Below the pieces are notes generated by a model. The model had not been told where the DNA came from. It made no database searches and worked only from the letters and a program-made list of their open reading frames with translations. Positions 1 to 12,049 of a stretch of DNA of 64,000 bases are shown piece by piece. Position 1 is the first letter of the stretch. Each line of letters opens with the position of its first letter. The DNA is from Pelomyxa schiedti (Eukaryota; Protista; Evosea), in contig JAHLWZ010000694.1 of assembly GCA_020536535.1 (NCBI GenBank), positions 22,406 through 86,405 on the forward strand. The letters run 5' to 3'. The position numbers were made by a program, and so were the translations under genes.

Positions 1-90
1 GCCTGTCCGGATAAGTTCGTTGTCGTGGTAGTTGTCATCTTCGTCGTTTTGATCGGCGTTTTCCTTCTCTGAAGAGTGATTGAATTCCAT
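1..90 (-). CDS. possible 5' end of a gene running off the window (MEFNHSSERKTPIKTTKMTTTTTT...)
   Basis: ATG at 90 opens a frame to the window edge with a Thr-rich low-complexity N-terminus like the neighbouring genes; no domain is visible. Confidence 0.3.
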   Translation of the reverse strand, partial: MEFNHSSEKENADQNDEDDNYHDNELIRTG

Positions 91-741
91 TCAAGATCGT
101 GAACCTCTGGCTTCGAAGGCTGCCATTCACGCCCCGAGATTAGTGATACCGTCTTGGGGGTGAAATAAGATGGTTTGGAACTCATGTTTGAGAAAGGAGA
201 CGAGCAGGGGACTGAGAACCTTAACAATCCACCCTATTGGCACGTGATCCAACACTTGAGGACACATAAAAACGGTCTTATACAGTTCACACAACACTTC
301 CGGGAAAGACGGTTATTTCCAAAACCCAACAACGAGGCCGCCGGAATTTTCCATTGCGCTCGCTGCCTTGTAGGGAAGGAGACATGTAGATATATAGATT
401 GCGCTGATAGCCATCATGGCCGTATAAGGAGATCCAGCTTGACCCGGGTAAGATGTTTGATGCCGAAGTGTTCGTTACGCAGAAATCAGGTTCTTTATGT
501 GCAAGACAAAATGTCTCTTCAGAACTACAAAAAGACCCATCGATGACAGAATTAAGCAGGTCCCAGAAGTCGCAAATAAAGAACTAAAAAAAAACAAGAA
601 GCGAGCTCGCTATTAAAGACCTGCTCGAGGTACAAAACTAGTACCCACAAACAAAACCATAAATACTTATCAAAACCGTTGGCCTCCGCCTTATATTACT
701 AGTTCAGGCCTGTTATTCTTATTATTGAGTTATTGAGAGGA

Positions 742-2459
742 ATGAGTTTAAATCAGTCAGTATCACTACAGGTACCGTAATACTACTTCTATAGTACTTA
801 CTGCTCTCTCTAACTTCTTTTTTTTCTCTTTTTTTTTTTTTCTTTCATCCCATTGTTGTGTTGTCCGTTCATGAACAGGCAAACCAGCAGTCTGGTTATT
901 TCTTTGTTCCTCAAGGCGGCGATTCCGCGTCTCCAACACTACAACAAGCCACCCAAGGGGGTGAACTAGCTCAACCCCAATGCTTTTTGGACTTGGTGCG
1001 ACTTGCCGAGATTCTAAGCTGGAAGCAACGCCAGTATCCGCAAGAACAACAACTTCAAAACCAACAACTTCAAAACCAACAATTCTATCAACCTCCACCA
1101 ACACACCAACCTGCTCCCCAAATACCGGACTTCTGCCAACAAGTACCAACGATACTCGGGATAGGTCAGTACTGGGACTCTGTGGCAGATGCGTTACAAA
1201 CCTCCCAGAACGTGCCAAATCCGATAGTTCCTGAGGGTCCCTCTACACCGCTTCAGAATCAGCAACCAGAACAACAACTGCTGGCGTTGATAGCACAACA
1301 GCGGGAACAGCAGTTCCGACTTCAAGGACAACTGGCATTGTTCGCAGGATTGCAGTCCTTGGTTGACCACACACAGAGAAACCGCCCTCTAAACCAGCCT
1401 CGCCCAAGGCTTGTACCAGATTTAAGTCTCGAGAAAAATCTATACACTTGGCCACAGCCCCAAGTAAAGACGGACTTTCCCTCGAGCCTCATGCCCCCAC
1501 CTGGGTCTCTGCCTCGTGGAGTCCCTTCACTGTGCACTTCACCCCCACCCCCACAAACACCCCCATCACCACTGCCGCCGTCTACACCTTCCAGGATACC
1601 GCCATTGCAACTTGATCCTTTCACAATCGACCCCACAGTAAGACCTAAGTCCAACAACGAGGCAGTAAAAGGAAAAGCCGAGATTTTCCTCTCCTCCGAC
1701 AAGATTTTTAGGCACAAGAAGTTCCAGGTATGGTTTACCCAAATGTGGTCCTCCACTAAGGGAAAAAAAAGATGGTGATCAAGATTGACAAGGCACTTAA
1801 AAACTCTCTGATGCTTAGCAATGATGACATTTTTATTGCTGGTCTGAATGCTAGAGTATGCAGAGAGAAATCCGAAGAAGGTAGTTCAGTGAGTACTTTC
1901 AGTTCTTTAGCCTAACATCCTGTCATAGAAGTAGAAAGCTGCATGCAATGCTCCCCAACTCGAAAACTACTAGTCCTCAATGTGTCACCCCGCTCACCCT
2001 TTTACCCCGGAATGATGTATAAGACAAATCCCAATGCCGATATGGAGGAGTTTATTTTTGATGAGTGCCATTCTAACTGCTCCAGTTCCAGGTTCCTTTT
2101 TCCCTGCTCTCATATCCTATCTTCTAACTTGGAGCAGAGACCATTTGCACACGGCACTGAGAATTGTTGTGGAACTTCACCCTACTCTCATATTGCATTC
2201 TTCCCCTTTCGTTTTGCAGTCCCGCGCTTCCCAAAGCTCAAGTACGAATGACTTGAAAGTCCCTCAAAAAAATCAAGCTAACCTAATCCTCTAAGGGAAA
2301 AGTGCCTCTCCCAAGGCCTCGCGCACTCCGCGCACGCCCAAGCTTTCTCCAATAGACTACGCCAACCTTAATGACTCACCAATATGCAAGCCAACTAAAG
2401 TTCGCCGAACTGCAAACGCACCCCCAGTGCAAGCAATTCCCATTCATCCAAGGGAATAA
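742..2459 (+). CDS. Q/P-rich protein with a C-terminal Cys/His-containing domain; putative transcription factor (5 exons)
   Basis: ATG at 742, GT-AG intron 772-878 into the Q/P-rich ORF, and further GT-AG introns near 1728, 1881, 2092 and 2242. Spliced product contains SCMQC...ECHSNCSSSRDHLHTALRIVVEL...SSPFVLQSR and a basic tail; TAA at 2457-2459. Confidence 0.6.
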
Positions 2460-2639
2460 TTCAGGAAGGGCACAAGGGGATTAGACACCAGCATTATTTA
2501 TCAGCCACCATAGGAATTTGGAACTTACTCCACCACCATGTACTAGTTGAGATATCTATTTAAGGAGGAAAAACGAAACAAAATTTTGTTCATTTTGGTA
2601 AAATAGTTTTTTTTCTCTACCCGAGACTCTCTGGCTTCT

Positions 2640-5382
2640 TTAGGAATTGTTGGTGTTTGTTGTTGGGGTGGCGGTAACAGAAGGCTCTGCTATGGGTTGA
2701 GCAGGCACAGGGACTTGTGTGGCAGAAGTTACATCGGAGGTGGAAACAGTTGGGGCCGGTGTGGGAGTGGGAGTAGTACTTGTAGGCAATGGAAGAGGGG
2801 AGGGATTGGAGGGAGTTGAAGTGGTTGTTGGAACAGCAGGGGTGGTGTCGGCGTGGGCGGCGGTAGAGGGAGGGGTGGCAGGTGTGAGTATGGACGGGGA
2901 CGTGGTGCTGGAAACCATAGCCAAAACGGCATCTTCTAGCTCCTTCCATAGCCTGCTGATGGCCTCAGTGTCCTCCGTGTTTTGTTGTCTGTGAAGCTGG
3001 AAAAATGATTATATAGGCGAAATTGCTTATCTTGTGGTATTGTGGTGTGAACAAATAAGCCATACTTCATTGCGTATTCTGTAGACATTTCTCCTGGCAT
3101 CCGAGCTAACAGATGCCACATCTTCAAGAAGAGAATCTGGCAAGTAGTTTAGTTTATTTTTTTTGTTGAGGGACTTGTAACCTGTTTCATAGGGAACAGA
3201 AAGGTGAGGGAGAAGCATCGCCGGCATTTTGGCCAGCCAACATTCAGCGTCTAGACAGGACATTGTGCTGTGCCTCCATTTTGACCACATTCCAACAACA
3301 CCAAATTGACTTCGTTGGGCTGGTTCAGAAAGAGGTGACAATGGACTGAGAACGAGAGTGACTGGCTGAACACCACATTGAAAAAAATGACCTAACTCCA
3401 GAAAATGGAGAAAATACCTGCACTTCTAGAGCACCTACCACAGGCAGTGTATTGAAAAAGTTTACTGTCGCTTCCACAGTTTCCTGTAAGAGTGTCAAGG
3501 AATGATGTTATTCCACACACCACTACCCTAGTTTCTCCTGGGAAACCGACTACCAGGGCTGCCCTGACTAAAACTGATCTTTCTAACAATAGAGTGAGAC
3601 ATTTTCGTATCATCTATGCTATCATCAAATGTAGAGGGAGACATGAGGAAAGCCACCTCTACTGTTGTGTGTTTGCTCATATTGCTCAAAACTGTTTGTT
3701 CACAGCTTTCAACTCCAATGAAAACAAGTCGGCATCCTGATTTTTGCATCAAATCAGCGATTTCTTCGTCTTGAACTGTATCTGCTCTATTTCAAGTCAG
3801 ATACCTCAGTTATTGCACATCCTTGCATTCTCACCCCTCACCCCCTCCCTTATCATATGAAAATATGCCTGATAAATGCCTTCCAAACAACATGGAGGTC
3901 ACGTTTAATAAGTTCAGTCAAAAATTCCTTTGCCACAGTACGGTTTATAAGAAGATTATCATTGGTAAAGAGTATCTGGAGTGAATGAATAAGAGTGTGA
4001 GGTTAAATGAACTAGGTACTCGTCGGAAACCATCTTTCCAAGGTGGGACACTACTAATCGTACGAAAAATGGAATCAGCACTGCATCGCGTTACATGAGG
4101 GGCAACTGCAGCGTAGTCGCAAAATGAACACCTAAGTGGTGTGAAAACAAGCCTGCTATGCACATTGCCAATCAATGGCATACTTAAATGGGCACCCTTG
4201 TCCAACTTGAACAGGGTACCAGGGTATTGGATATGCTGGTACAGGTATTGCTGACCAATCTACTTCACAATCATTCGGCTCTTCTTCCTCAACTGGAGCA
4301 AATGAGACAACAGGTTCTTGTTAAAGAAGGAAAGTGCACTTGAAGTGAGAGTGAAATTTCCAATATCTGTGCTATACCAAGCTACATTGGGAATTCCCAT
4401 CCATGAAGCATCCCCCTTAAGTTTTGACAATTTGTGAATAAAGCAAGAGAGGGAAAAAAAAAAAAAAATACCTTGAGCAAGCTATTGATCAATTTTATTG
4501 CAGATTTTTCACCATAAAGACTCACAATGAGATAGTCTACAGAAGACTGGAAAGACTGTGGACAAAAAAGAGGGGTGCCATTAATTCTCAAATCCCCAGT
4601 TTCTTTCTGCTTCAAAAAAAGCTTATAGGCCCTCAATATTCCGTGAAAATTGAGAGGGATAAGTTTGATGGATACTTAAAAACACGCATCCCCCCAGCAA
4701 TGACAATAATGCCAGGATTCACTGATTTTGCGTGTGCAGCAATTCTCTCTGTGAACCACCTTTTGGATGTAAAAAAAAAAAAAAAAACAAGATGTGTCCA
4801 CACCATGTTGAAGTAAGTGTTGTGCTTATAAGCAGTAGTTTTGATGCAGCCACCTTCTCCTCAAACCTGGCTCGTGTGGCACGGCAGTAGGAGAACTCCA
4901 CAGAAGCAGGAATTCCACAGTGTGTTTGTACTTGCTGCGCAATTCGGGCAGCACCAAGCATAAGGTGGGCATGCTTTCTCCCAAAGTTAACAAGGGCTTG
5001 TGCTGCTGCTGCGTTCTGCTTTTCTTTAAGCAAGCAAAAAAAAGGGGAAGGGAGTTGTGTTCCGTCCAAGAGGCGAAAAAAAAGAGAGACATTGTGTGTG
5101 GTATGGTTTAAGTCTCACATTCGCTTACTTTGCCGTTTGTGAAGTACTCACACAGGAACGGAATGCTAGCATTGTAGCGGTCCTCAACGAGCAAAGGGTT
5201 CTCTATTACAAGAGGGTTCTCTGGTAGCAGTTACTCGGTGAGCAACAACAACAACTAGCAAAGTAGATCCTTTAATTATAACATAATATAATGTTCTCCC
5301 AGCACCCATCCCTGTTGGCATTAGTTCCCTGCCACTTTGACAACATACCAGCTATTTCGGGTGCCCCGATAACCAGTGCCAT
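2640..5382 (-). CDS. cobalamin (B12)-binding-domain radical SAM protein, multi-exon
   Basis: Spliced translation gives LLLISTT...VNPGIIVIAGG...VDYLIVS..GE (B12-binding-like), QVGQGCPFK|CSFCDY (CxxxCxxC), FTNDN, WKAFIR|ADT, MQKSGCRLVFIGVES..VLSNMSK, VVGFPGET and KWRHSTM. The stop at 2640 follows a Thr/Pro tail. The 5' exons and start are less certain. Confidence 0.85.
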
Positions 5383-5558
5383 CGTCACTTGAACCGACAG
5401 AAAACCAGAATGGATTTTTGATGACCTTTTTTTCCCGAAGGTTCTTTTTGGTGTTGGCGGAAACGGGTTCCGTTTCAGTATTTCCTCTGGTAACAATGAG
5501 GCTGGGGTTCAGGAACCTCCTAAAGGTAACTTCTAACTCCTGGTCAAAGTCCAGCAGT

Positions 5559-7216
5559 CTAGAAATGAGAGTAGAATTCAAGAGGGTGAAGGTCATGTGT
5601 GGGATGTGAGTGTGTGACTATTGAGCGGCGCAGCTGGGTGCATAGGTCACATTTCCCTGAGAAAGTTTGGGCTGGTGGTGCAGTGGAATTTGTTTGGGTT
5701 GTTGTTGCTGTGGTGGTGGTTGTTGTTGTTGCTGCTGCTGTTGGTGTGCTTGTTGTTGTGGTGTTTTGTTGTGGTCTTGTGACTTCTGGGTGGAATTCTT
5801 GGATGTAGGAGAATAGTGACCGGACACCACCGGTGTAGAGGGCATTGATCACGGGGTACTTTAGAGGCGATAAGGGCTTCCCCATGTCTTCCACATCAAT
5901 TCCGAAACCTGGAATACTTCCTGGTGAGGGAAAGTGAGACTTTTCCAGGGCTATTACCACTGCATAGTCCTGGTATGTATTTTCCATACAGGTCCTTTTC
6001 GGATGAGCATTATCGCCATAAAAATGGGTTATTGAAGGTCATACCACATGAAAGTGAGTAACGTTTGACAGGTTTCTATTTAACTGAATGCTATCTCACA
6101 GAAAGAAGAATATTTACCTTGCACACGAACCAGGGTTATCTTCAAAAATCCGTTCTAGGGTCTTTTGTTTTGACAATGGTCTAAAACCTGTTACCCACAA
6201 AATTTCTTTACATAAAAGGTAAACCTTAGGGTCTCTATGGCTCTCCCTCCTGGATGCAACCAATATTTCTCGGATATGTCACTTAGGTAATTGGAGTGTA
6301 ATTGTTGCCAGTCTTCCAATGGATACAGGCGATTTACATCTCGCGATGCTAGGTCCTAATTCAAATAAATGCCTGCACCGTATTGTAGATAAAGCACACT
6401 GCACGAAAGTCTTGAACCCAAGGCATAACATCTGTGAGTAATTAATAACATCGTTGGGGTGCGGTTGATGGCAATACCCATCCCCACATCGTCACAAGCC
6501 GTCAACACGCCCTGAACCTTGGAAAATGGAATGGCCTAACAACAAAAAAAAGCATTACGAACAAAACGTGTAAAAATTGGAGTGAGGAAGCAGTACCTCA
6601 TTGTGAAAGGGAGAAATTGACACTAACAGTGTCCTCAGCCCTCGATCATACAACTTTCTAAGTGTTTCAACTATTACAGTAAACCAATATAAAAGTTTAC
6701 AAACTAAAGAAACCTGCAGAATGTCCATCTCTGAACCAACTTGAATTCGTCTCCACATAGTCAATGGACATGCCTTCCTCGTTAGCAGCCTCTAGGACAC
6801 CACACAACCCTTCAATATTTAGCATGGGTTCTCCACCACCTAAGTGTCTCTAAGATTAAACAAACAATGAAAGATCCGCAAAAATGGCAAATACCAATGT
6901 GGACAGAATAGCAGTGCAGTGCTTGTATCTGAAAGTGCTGTTATTACTCTGAAACAATAAAGAGTGACATGCCCTTTGAAACATCAACTTTGCTTGAGCC
7001 TTTGTAATGTAGTCACGTGCCCTTGTTGGAGAACAGTTGTACAGACAATGTTTGCATCTGAACCCACATTGTGAAAAACAAATAGGTGTAAAAAATAATG
7101 GAGGCACCTGCTGGTGCAGTGATAGTTTGTAATCAACCCTTTTCATTGTGTTGAGTTGCAATGAAAATGTTCCTTGTAAAAGTAATACCCCCACTCATCA
7201 AAGACGTGACATTCAT
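5559..7216 (-). CDS. radical SAM protein with a C-terminal Cys-containing extension, multi-exon
   Basis: MNVTSLMSG|GLITNYHCTSR|CKHCLYNCSP (CxxxCxxC), HLGGGEPML, IDYVETNSSW, LLVSISPFHNE, HFHV|DLYGKYIPGLC, FSGKCDLC; TAG at 5559. Confidence 0.9.
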
Positions 7217-7289
7217 TTTTCAAGTGTTCCACTTCCCCAACAAAATTGACACGAATTCGAAGAAGAAAAGGAAGATGAATCTTTTGGTA

Positions 7290-10200
7290 TCAAGATGAGT
7301 TTGAGAGAGGGCACAAGAGCTCGAGTAGTGACTGTACATTGTGGGCGAACGTGCCATTGAAGCATAGTACTCGCTGCCAGTGGTTGTTGTTGTTGCTGCT
7401 GTTGTTGTTTGAGCTGTTGGTGTTGTGTGTGGGTGACCGTGATCGCGACCGAGATTGTGGCTGCGATTGTGGGTGTGAGTGTGATGCGGGTGGAGGTGTG
7501 ATTGACTTGGCTGGTGCTTTTGATTCTGTTGTGNNNNNNNNNNNNNNNNNNNNNNNNNNNNNNNNNNNNNNNNNNNNNNNNNNNNNNNNNNNNNNNNNNN
7601 NNNNNNNNNNNNNNNNNNNNNNNNNNNNNNNNNGCTGTTGGTGTTGTGTGTGGGTGACCGTGATCGCGACCGAGATTGTGGCTGCGATTGTGGGTGTGAG
7701 TGTGATGCGGGTGGAGGTGTGATTGACTTGGCTGGTGCTTTTGATTCTGTTGTGTGGGTTTCTGGTGTAAGTTCCTTGAGGTTGTGGAACAGGTGCCCAT
7801 GTACCTAGTTATGGGTTGGGTTTTTAGTAAAGTTTTTTTTTTTTTTTTTTTTTTCTTGTGTTGAGGTTGAGTGAGAAAGAGGTATTTACCTTTGCACCAC
7901 TGAGGGGAGATGATGAAAACTTGGATTGCAGTTCAGAATTGACAACCACAACATTGCCAATTTCACTGATGAGGATTGACTTCCATCCTTTGCACGCGTT
8001 GTTGCTGTTGATTTCAAGCCCCCCTGTGGCGGCACTTCCGCGGCTAGTAGGATGCGACCGCTGCGTAACCCCACTGTGATTATGGGATGATGATGTGGAA
8101 GTGGTTGTTGTGTTGGAAGTTCTGCTTTCAAAAGACCTCAATGCGGATGTTAATACAAGGTCTTTGTTGACAAATGGAGGGGGCTCTTGGCTTAAAGAGT
8201 TAGCAATTCTGGCCAGGATTATCGCCTTTTATTGGTTTGATTAGCAGTGACCAATTAATTGCGAACCGGCGTGGCGGAATATGTACCTTCTTTGGTCCTG
8301 CTTCGCAATTCCATTTCGAACAGCTGAATGCAAATCCTGGTAGCATTTTACTCATTTGGCTGTAAATTCTTTTTTCCATAAGCACATCCTTCTACATACA
8401 CATAATGTGAGCACCCCCATACAAAAAAGGATAAGAAAGTACTTTTTTCCAAGGAAGAACGCTTGCAGGAACACACCAGGGTAGAAAAATTCCATATCTT
8501 GCCAGATCCTGATAGATATTTATCTTTCTTTCTCTACTTACTTTGTCATACCTCAAGAAAGAGTGGGGGTGGCTTGGGTTGATTTCCTGGTTCATATATC
8601 AGGGGGAAAACTAGCTTGCATCCTTGCTCTGATACTTCAATAGTTATCTTTTGAGCATGTTAACGCCATGATAGTGAGGAATCGCGAACCTCGAGTGTTT
8701 TTGTGATGAGAATAAGCCAAGCTTTACTTGGTCCACTGGGATATATACACCACCATTTAAATGGTAGTTCCGTGAATCGAGGCTACAGTTGACCTTGGTT
8801 AAAAAAAAAACAAACAAATCTGGCTATACCTGTATTAATGCATGGGGAGTAGCATGAAGTGTATGAAAGGAGATAATTCTGGTAGCTTTATTAAAGGCAA
8901 TTTCGGAAATGCCATCCGTCTGCCATTTTGATTTTTCCTATTCCCATAAATAATGCCATTTATAATTCCATACTCACTACCTTGTCCCACCAGCCAACAT
9001 GAAAGTCTCGAACCAAAACATGAGGGGGCAAGAGATATGAGACTTTTAAGGTAGCGGAGTCAGTTAGATTATCACCTTTCTCTGCAATCAGCGGTATATA
9101 AGTGTGACGTGATATGGAAAGTGACTGGGGTGTGACTATCTGTTTTGTAAGTGCCTCGAAGTTGTGATGTTAGCTACCAGGTCTTAGAGTCCAATTATTT
9201 AACTTCTTGGCTCTTGGGGGAAATCCTAGGATTTCATAATATAGGACACCTCCCTTTTGGAGAAATTATTCCTTGAAAGAGATGAAGAATCCACACGATG
9301 GTAATGAACTCAGATGTGGGTGGAGTAATGACGTCAAATGATGTGTGTAGTAGACGAATGACTGTACTTGTAAGTGCCAAGCTTTCAGGTACCTTGGCAC
9401 AAGTATGTACATTACTAAACTCGATTTCTCCTAACGTTCCAACAGTACTGTGGATGCCTCAAAACCGAGAAAGAACTGGGAAAAATTAACTACCTGTAAT
9501 TCTTGGCAAAATTGACCCAGATTCCAATTACATACGATTTTGTGGAATAGGACACCTGAAAATGCTGGCCTTTGTCACAGTACATATCAGAATACTGGAA
9601 GTAATTCAGATTGGACTAAAGAAAGAACTTGGACCTGGAGAACTTTGGCAGTAGCATCATCTATACAAGAAAGGGAGTGTTCTCGCAAAGTATGCGTAAC
9701 AAAAGGTAACCTCTCTTTCATCTCAGGGTGGTAAAACTGCAAAATTCTACCCTCAGCAATCACCTTGTAGCTTCTTTATTGTGAAGTCATAATAGGAAAA
9801 AGATAAGCTGGCAGCTTACATCCTCTGCTTGTTCAGCAAGTTCCAATACCCGTCGTAAATCTTCATTTCCTTCCTCCAGCCACAAGCTCATGAAAGTATT
9901 TATATCTGACTCGGCCATTGGATTGATTTGATTCCTACCGGTGTTTCTGTACTGTTCCCATTCATATTGTTCGGCTTGCATGATAAGGTGCCGAGCATGT
10001 TCCTGCAGTGCAGGAGTCTCCCAATCCGCAATCTCAGCATCCTCCGGAATTAATTTGTCCTTCTGTTTTCCCTCTAAACCATAGATACAAGAAGAGTGAA
10101 AAATGACCTCGTCCTCATCAATTGCAGCGGTATGAACCCGCGTTGGGCTCGCAGAACTTTTTCGTCTTTCCCCTTCACGTGTCCTATCTGGCCTCACCCC

Positions 10201-10612
10201 TATTTGTTTGGTTTGTGTACAACAAAAAGTGAGATATCCAGAGATACACAAACAAACAGAAATAACGGAACCACCCCACAGTGCTCGGCAGTTCCATCCC
10301 ATAACCCCTCCCCAAACAAGCAACAGGGGGCATTTAACAACATCAAACCCAACGCTGCCAATTGGGGAGGCCCCACGCACCTCCCACACGGCCTGTTGGG
10401 CTAGGACTGCGCCGTCCGCCGCCGCCACTGGCTGTCGATCTCGTGCCTACGGCTGCGGTCGTAGCCGTCGCGCTCCTGGAGGCTTGCTTATGGGCCGATG
10501 CCGCACTGTGGTTGGTTCTGGTCGCTGCCGACGTGGCTGCCGTGGTTGCAGGAGTGCCTGATGCTGATGCTCGTGCTCGTGGATTGGTCGATGCTGCACG
10601 GTCCGTACTCAT
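7290..10612 (-). CDS. DNAI7: CASC1/IC97-like axonemal inner-arm dynein intermediate chain, multi-exon (spans an assembly gap)
   Basis: EWEQY...NPMAESDINTFMSLWLEE matches the Casc1 N-terminal block as I recall it, and EKRIYSQMSKMLPGFAFSCSKWN matches the Casc1 C-terminal block. Many short introns; the last exon ends at TGA 7290-7292. Confidence 0.75.
7534..7633. other. 100-N scaffold gap with a ~121-nt flank duplicated on both sides (7413-7533 = 7634-7754)
   Basis: Identical sequence immediately left and right of the N run. Confidence 0.9.
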
Positions 10613-10798
10613 GGGAGGTTGGCGCTGAACTGAACGAAAACGAAGTGCTGGGAAGTTGATGGTCCGCGGAATGTTTGTTTCGCCGATCACCAAGGCGAGG
10701 TGGTGGTAGAAAAAATTGTACCTATTTCTATTACACTCTTTAATACAGAAGGCCTCGATGTTGCAGTCCGAGATATGCAAACTTTCTTGTAATGTTTC

Positions 10799-12049
10799 TT
10801 ACAATATGAAAGAGCCATTGTACTGCAAAGAGTGAAGGACTTCCCCCTTGAGGCCAAACTCAACAACAATGTGCTGGGAGGGCATTTCAATGACCTGCAG
10901 TCTTTGCTGGTTTGGCTCTATGAGTGCAAGAAGGCCACTACCACAAAGGACACCACCTGTGTTCCTGGAGTATCCAGTGTGGCACATGAGGGGGAGTACT
11001 TTGGTGTTGCTGAGGTCCCAGAGTTCCAAGCAGGTACTTTTTTCCACCAAGAACAGGGAGGAACTCACTTGGTAAATGCCATTTCTGGGATCAAAATACT
11101 GGTAATCTGAATAGAGTCTGTTGGCCTGGCCATTTGAATCCACAATCGCAACAAACCACCCAATTTCCCAACTTGCGTTATTTGTATGAGCAAGCACAAT
11201 GTACACCTTCTGCCGCATACTGTTCTGCATGACTATAAGGTTTTGGACTACACAGTCCCGAGAGTTGAGCGAGTCATCGAGCGCTGTTGTTGTGACAACA
11301 TGCAGGCTTTTTGTTTCGAAGCTCTTGGCAACATCGATCACCACAATTGACCTTACCGTGGTGTTTGGGCTGCGAACTGCAATTGCCGCCTCAGACGAGA
11401 TCACTTGATTGAAGCAAACCAGTTCCCCGCGATAGCCGGGGAGTTGCACAGTGAATACTGGGCATTCAGGGTACTCCGTCGTCAGCTTCGTGATGGCGAC
11501 AGCCTTGTTGACGCCCTCGAGTTTTACAGCCCACATAGCATTTGCACAGTATCTGCCAATTGTCACGTTAGGTAGCACACCTCCTCGCTTCACGACGCTT
11601 TTCTTCCCACTGCAGGTATCCACCACCACCAGCGACACCTGGCCGTCATTATCGTCGTCATGAGTTATAAACCTTCCTTGGTCAATCCACTTCACACTGT
11701 TCTGCGCCACTTGCATGTCACCCATAAGCCCAAGCAACGCCGACACGCCGAACATGAACGTGACCGTGTATTTCCACAGCGAACTCGGCTCCGCGGCGCT
11801 CCCCCGAGCCACATCTGCCTCCACCACGACCACCCTCTTGGTGCCCTCGCCCCAGTCCTCCCACAATTGCTTCACCGCGTGGGGCCCCAGCGCGCGAGCG
11901 GGTGAGCCGGCCCCGCACCGGGGCGAAACCACGGCCAGCGCCAGCGACGAGTGTCGTGCACGTGCGGTCACCCCACCGCTTGCGTACGCCACGATGTCAG
12001 TAAACCAGTCGGGCTTCGTAGCTTTCATCACAAATCCTGCCGTAGTCAT
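10799..12049 (-). CDS. intronless 416-aa hypothetical protein, beta-strand-rich, likely from a lineage-expanded family
   Basis: Uninterrupted ORF with an N-terminal LALAVVSPRCGAGSPARAL...LWEDW motif and a GC-rich 5' part. Confidence 0.75.
   Translation of the reverse strand: MTTAGFVMKATKPDWFTDIVAYASGGVTARARHSSLALAVVSPRCGAGSPARALGPHAVKQLWEDWGEGTKRVVVVEADVARGSAAEPSSLWKYTVTFMFGVSALLGLMGDMQVAQNSVKWIDQGRFITHDDDNDGQVSLVVVDTCSGKKSVVKRGGVLPNVTIGRYCANAMWAVKLEGVNKAVAITKLTTEYPECPVFTVQLPGYRGELVCFNQVISSEAAIAVRSPNTTVRSIVVIDVAKSFETKSLHVVTTTALDDSLNSRDCVVQNLIVMQNSMRQKVYIVLAHTNNASWEIGWFVAIVDSNGQANRLYSDYQYFDPRNGIYQVSSSLFLVEKSTCLELWDLSNTKVLPLMCHTGYSRNTGGVLCGSGLLALIEPNQQRLQVIEMPSQHIVVEFGLKGEVLHSLQYNGSFIL

Noticed and set aside
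7058-7107. Unspliced reading CGFRCKHC as the radical SAM motif
   Set aside because: A chance Cys in the intron. The spliced GGLITNYHCTSRCKHC joins the upstream exons and fits the family much better.
7213-7216. Bacterial-style ATGA stop/start overlap between ORF 7213..7800 and the radical SAM start
   Set aside because: That ORF frame runs through Ns; the spliced upstream gene more plausibly ends at TGA 7290-7292.
7413-7754. Apparent tandem duplication in the last CASC1 exon
   Set aside because: Exact ~121-nt copies flank a 100-N gap, the same pattern as at 14174-14515; this is an unmerged contig overlap.
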